Part shown: positions 59,136-64,000 of the stretch, piece by piece
Position numbering within the stretch: the first letter of the stretch is position 1
How the letters are laid out: every line of letters starts with the position of its first letter
DNA from: Histomonas meleagridis 2922-C6/04-290x
Taxonomy: Eukaryota > Protista > Parabasalia
Assembly: GCA_020184695.1 (NCBI GenBank)
Contig: JAANOX010000017.1
Location: 471,283-535,282, forward strand
Direction: 5' to 3'
DNA length: 64,000 nt
Translations under genes and position numbers: made by a program
The notes under the pieces: generated by a model
Database searches by the model: none
Seen by the model: only the letters and a program-made list of their open reading frames with translations
What the model was told of the DNA's origin: nothing

Positions 59136-59810
59136 ATGAACATCAAAAAATACTTCAAAGCACCACAATGTTATTTTACGGTTCCATTGATAGTACCATT
59201 GGCGTTACTTTTATGTATTTTTATAGGTTATTATAACCGGCAATATAATTTTGAATATTATCCACCTCTTCCTTCATCGATTATTGTTTATACACCTCAA
59301 AATATCATATATGGAATTTCTGTCGTAATTGCATGCATTTTTATGGGTATTGGAATTTATAAAAATTTCAGATATCTAAATTCAAGTCATCGTGTAGGTC
59401 TTCAATCGATAACGACAAAAATGTTTGTATATGTTTGTGTAGGCGCAGGTGCTACATCTGTCGTTTCTTTATTATTGATGAGCCTATTTTCAATTGCTGA
59501 TGGATTATGGATTCATTTTTCATTCCACTTTGTTTTCTTCACAACACTTATGATATACCTTGGTGTTACCGATTACTTGTTTAACCTTCTTAAATTCAAA
59601 CATTCACTTGGTCATTGGATATTGGATGGAGTAATATTTGCAATTTACCTTTTCTACTTCATCATTGGTTACATTATGTTCTTCCGCCCTCCAAGTTCTT
59701 TCTTTTCACTGATTTCATTAGCTGGACATGCACTTTTCATTCTTGTCTTTATTAAGTTTCACATCAACGGAACTATCCTTTTGAGGCATATACTAGTTAA
59801 AAGAAACTAA
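59136..59810 (+). CDS. Multi-pass membrane protein, possibly Frag1/DRAM/Sfk1 family
   Basis: About 6 TM segments, YYPPLPSSI after TM1, IHFSFHFVFF motif; family call tentative. Confidence 0.55.
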   Translation: MNIKKYFKAPQCYFTVPLIVPLALLLCIFIGYYNRQYNFEYYPPLPSSIIVYTPQNIIYGISVVIACIFMGIGIYKNFRYLNSSHRVGLQSITTKMFVYVCVGAGATSVVSLLLMSLFSIADGLWIHFSFHFVFFTTLMIYLGVTDYLFNLLKFKHSLGHWILDGVIFAIYLFYFIIGYIMFFRPPSSFFSLISLAGHALFILVFIKFHINGTILLRHILVKRN

Positions 59811-59937
59811 AACGCACAAATTTGATACTATTTTTTTATTTATTTGTAAAATTCGAAATCAAAACTTTCAGACGGTTTTTTATGTGTATTGAATACTTTA
59901 CTTCATTTTTTGGGCTGCCCTTAATTCGAAATTGTGG

Positions 59938-60642
59938 ATGCATGAAGCTAGCCACTCAAACCGACTCAAAATTCGTGTAAAAGATCCTCAACAAAAACAA
60001 AAAACAGATGAAATCCAGCAACAGATGAAGTATGTTCCTTATCATTCTAAATTTAAAAATAAACAAGAAAAACAAATCAAGAAAAATTATGATGAAATTT
60101 CTATAAGATACCCAACGTTTTACTCTGTGTTTGGTAGCTACTTTGCAACAAAATTAGCCAAGCATGAGGAAGAAATCATAATTGAAAATGAATTTCAAGC
60201 TGAAACACCAAAAAGTTCATTTAAAATACAGAACGTTTCATTTACTGAGAACGCGAGTCCTTCCTTACAAGATGATAATAGTTTCGAACCAATCAATTTT
60301 CATAATTTCCCAATTTGTTTCAACAATGGTTTTTCATACAAAGAGCAAATTGATGCTACTGAATTTGCTAAGATGTATCAAAATTTCATTTTTAAGCCAC
60401 GTGATTCGAAACAACAATTAAGAACAAATTCATTTAATCTTGATGTCAATATGGTTCCACAATACCAGGAAAGACCAATGCCGCCAAATAGAGAGCCCCT
60501 TCCGCGAAACTTTAGGAATGAGCAAGTGCCAATCAAATCTAATTATTTTTCAAAACCAAGAAAAGCATTTCCAGACAGAAGCGAAAACAGACAAAGGATC
60601 CCAAACATATCTCCATTTCGGAATCCTTTCATTCGAATATAA
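59938..60642 (+). CDS. Hypothetical hydrophilic protein
   Basis: Open frame from ATG 59938; no recognised domain. Confidence 0.5.
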   Translation: MHEASHSNRLKIRVKDPQQKQKTDEIQQQMKYVPYHSKFKNKQEKQIKKNYDEISIRYPTFYSVFGSYFATKLAKHEEEIIIENEFQAETPKSSFKIQNVSFTENASPSLQDDNSFEPINFHNFPICFNNGFSYKEQIDATEFAKMYQNFIFKPRDSKQQLRTNSFNLDVNMVPQYQERPMPPNREPLPRNFRNEQVPIKSNYFSKPRKAFPDRSENRQRIPNISPFRNPFIRI

Positions 60643-60798
60643 TATTATATTTCAATAAATTGTTTGTTAAACAAATTTTTATTCACTTTTGTTATTGAAT
60701 AATAGCCATTGGCTTTTTCATTGCTGCAGAGAATATATTAAATTTTTAGTTTTAGTGATATTCATAAAAGAGAATAGAATCCTTGCTAAAAATTATTG

Positions 60799-62845
60799 GG
60801 GCAATCGCTTAATAACACGCGACTTTTCTGAGGAAATTTGAATGCTTTATTCCCACTTTTGGGTACATCCATGAGAAAAGGAAAAATAACACGCCACTTT
60901 TTGTGTGATTTATTTTGGCATTAAAGCAAGTCATCTTGTAGCATTTTTAAATGAAAACATGGTGAAACATTCATTTGTGAACGCAACGGCGACTTTTTAA
61001 AAAGGAGAATTTGGAATTCCAACTGTTTACAAAGGATTCTCGAATATGCTTATCCTCACATGATTTATGATGTTTTTTTCTCATGAACTGTTAAACTGTA
61101 TATTCACATTTCTGATATTATGAGTTTAATATATTAAGTTTTCATTAAGTAGCTAAAACATTTTATGGACATCTAGGTGCAGTATGAGTATCACCTCCAC
61201 ATATACTGCAACGATATTTCTTCTTCACTTTTGGAGCGCCTGCTTTATCCACATTGTTTCTTGGATATCTTGAAGGCGCTCCAGAAATCTGTATGTGTTC
61301 TGGTGGAAGAATATCTCCATCTTCTCCTGTTTCATGTTCAAGCGAGCATAAATCATTTAAGGCTTTGTCTAGAATATTTCTAATTTCAGAAGATCGATTC
61401 GCGAGGGAGAAAAAACGTTCAAATTTATCAATGCAATTACTGTAACTCCAATTGTTTTCTTTGTTTTTTGGCCGTAAATATCTTTCAATGGTATTGGGAT
61501 TATCTGTTTTATTTTCGTTAGTGATTATCCATCTACAAGGTATGTCATTGATTGTTAAGAGTGGGTTCTTATCTTCTTTAATTCTCATTAGAATAAGGTG
61601 TTTACAAGGGAAATTGTATAATGTATGATTTTTGCAGCAGGTCTCAGAGTATGGAATAGACAATACACCATTTAGTTTGAGGTCCATATATTCAGAGAAT
61701 ATCATTGCTGAAGCAAATGTACCGAGTTTTTTCTTTTCTTCTTTGCTCATTAATTCTTGTGGGATAATTGTTGGTTTATCACTTTTAGATAATATTCTAA
61801 GTCTTTAACGTATTAAATGATTGCATATACAAGATTTTCCTAATCGTTACACTTTATGTTCTAGTAAATTCTTGAGACTTCCAAAACCTTCAACTCTCGA
61901 TTTGATGTTGTATTATCGCAATGTATATATTTTCGAAATTATACTTGCAGCCACTTATCCTGATCCGCTAATAAGTTTTGTAACGAAACGCTGATCCTTT
62001 TTGTTTTTGGATGTTCAGCTACATAATTATTACATGCATTGATATAAATTCTTCTTCAGAAATTTCTTGTTGTAGCTTATGAACTAAATCACACATTTCT
62101 TGCCCTGCCTTCTGTCGATGATTACGAGAAATGTGAACACTGCCACATAGAATTTTGCAACATGGAAAGACAAATTTCCGTGTGCTTTGACCTGTGTTTT
62201 GTTTCGATCGCAGATAAAGAGCCCGATATCACTTATGTTTGTTTTACTTGGCAAAATAATTTATAAATTCATTATTTGTTCGTGAGCGTATCATTGACTA
62301 AAGATAATACTTGGTTTCTTGAACCATTTTGATCTTCACTAATCATTAATAAAAGAGGGAGGTGATAGTAATTTGTACAACTTGTATCGTCAATAATGCA
62401 CAGATTATTAGCATATTTTTCAGACATAATAGGTTCGTGAAATACATAACATCCATTAAAACGCTTATTTTCATCTATTATTATTTTGTTCGACCAATTA
62501 TTTCCATTTTTATATAGATTGTTCGATACTCGTCTACAGCAGAAGAAGTTGCATTGATCTTGATCTCACCTGTTGATCTAGGAATATATCGGCACTCTGT
62601 ATTGATCAGAAATCTCGCGCACCCGTTGAACAAGAGCATGTACATCTTCAAGAATGCACTGTCAAGACGAGTAAATGCTTCTATGAGCTCAGGAGGAGTC
62701 TCCATTGCACTGATTTGGATGGAACATGATAAATCACACAAAAAGTGGCGTGTTATTTTTCTCTTTTCTCATGGATGTACCCAAAAGTGGGAATAAAGCA
62801 TTCAAATTTCCTCAGAAAAAGTCGCGTGTTATTAAGCGATTCTCC
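60799..62845 (-). mobile_element. Mutator-like element (MULE), 2047 bp, with about 115-bp TIRs and 9-bp TSD AAATTATTG
   Basis: TIRs at 60799-60913 and 62729-62845 are near-perfect reverse complements. AAATTATTG sits at 60790-60798 and 62846-62854. Transposase remnants lie inside. Confidence 0.93.
61163..62705 (-). pseudogene. Fragmented MULE transposase
   Basis: IIDDTSCTNYYHLPL (first Asp), FICDRNKTQVKA (second Asp), SWIM-like CCKNHTLYNFPCKHL, zinc knuckle CSICGGDTHTAPRC; split over several frames. Confidence 0.85.
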
Positions 62846-62989
62846 AAATTATTGCATCTTTTATTTTAAAGATAGTTGGGAACTTAGGAAATAAAACTTT
62901 AAGATATTCCATTGATTGAAATGATATTCCATTATCTTGTGTACTTGTTGGTTTAAGGCACCATGTGATTAAATCTTTCGATTGGAAAT

Positions 62990-63691
62990 GAAATTGGCTC
63001 AATATAATCTCTTAGAGGGGGAATTCTCATTGAATGATCTTTTTGTGTATACTCCGAGTGTCTCTTTGTGTTTTTCTGAAAATAAACTTAAGTGGACATT
63101 TTGGAGTACGTTACTTTTTTTTTTCCACGAATTTATCCACATTCTTCAAAGCTGATCCCGTAATTAGAAAAATTTCAGAAAACCTTACATGCCAATCTGA
63201 AGCATACAAAGCAAAAGGTGAAAGCTTTATATACTTCACTACGTAAAATATTAGACATTGTCGAGGCTAATAGCACCAGAATTTTTCATGTATTGCAGAA
63301 CATATAACAAACGTATTTGACTTCTTTCATCGAAGTTGAGGACAAACAAACAGTTTTTCGATTCAAAGGTGTGCAGACGATATTCGAGATATATACGAGA
63401 GAAAAATGGTCTTAGATAGCTTAGCAGAAAACTACAAAACATTGCATACAAAAATTCCTATCTGCTAAAGCAAAGCTTAAAATAGTGCATCTTGGGACAC
63501 AAAATGATGAAGAAAATTGCCAGTCAGAATGCTATACAATGTTTGAACTCATTGAAGAAATCGCTTCAAGAACTAATAGACCAAAAGAAAAGATTTTTCT
63601 AGATTTGTCAGCTGTAATCGATTATCACATTGCCACTCATTTCTTCTGTTTCGAAGTTGCAAAAATGCAACCAGCAAAGCTCAAGAATTAA
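62990..63691 (+). pseudogene. Degraded coding remnant of unknown family
   Basis: Coding-like composition with several stops and frameshifts; no recognisable motif. Confidence 0.3.
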
Positions 63692-63887
63692 ATCAGCAAG
63701 CATAATGAGATATGCATCTCGAATAGAAGTAATGAACAACAGAGATTTTGTATAAAAATATTGTTTTCCTATGCATATCTAATATATCCTTATATTGTAG
63801 TTTTTAATGATTGTCTAAAAATATATCAAGATCATTGGTTAATCTTGTATAATATTATATTTCTTAGTATATAATGGATATTGAATA

Positions 63888-63960
63888 GCTTCACTAGTCT
63901 AGCAGTTTAAGAACAGTAGCTTTACACGCTATTGATCAGGTTCGACTCCTGGGTGAAGCA
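63888..63960 (+). tRNA. tRNA-Val(TAC)-like gene with atypical D arm and variable loop
   Basis: Acceptor stem GCTTCAC/GTGAAGC, anticodon stem GTAGC/GCTAT with loop TT-TAC-AC, T arm TCAGG-TTCGACT-CCTGG, downstream T-run. Confidence 0.75.
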
Positions 63961-64000
63961 AAATTTTTATTCGATATTTAGTGAATATGTTCAAAAAGTG

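Overview
AT-rich eukaryotic DNA that looks parabasalid (Trichomonas/Tritrichomonas/Histomonas group). This is inferred from a GTATGT...ACTAACACATAG intron, Inr- and M5-like promoter motifs, BspA-like genes and DUF3447-like ankyrin genes. Housekeeping genes include an AGC/Rim15-like kinase, SGT2, a SUN-domain protein, Ubl-S27a, an ENT transporter, PC4/Sub1, RPB10, a Rab, a C2 protein, a C1A peptidase, TOR, centrin and AP-1 gamma adaptin. The window also holds several pseudogenes, a decayed Mutator-like element with intact TIRs and a 9-bp TSD, and an atypical tRNA-Val(TAC). The most striking feature is a family of seven paralogous ankyrin loci (A-G, about 17.6 kb, 56 cassettes) whose repeats have a 170-nt period and look frame-broken. 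Parsed by hand, each repeat is about 30 contiguous ankyrin codons followed by [17-nt spacer + 1 codon] x4. Removing the spacers gives textbook ankyrin hairpins (KDKDGRTPL, KDNYGETAL, KDQEGNTAL, QDKHGKTAL). The spacers have no GT-AG ends, which suggests an unknown excision or ribosome-bypass mechanism acting on single-codon exons. All counts and coordinates were made by eye and should be re-verified computationally. Nothing here shows that the processed product is actually made.
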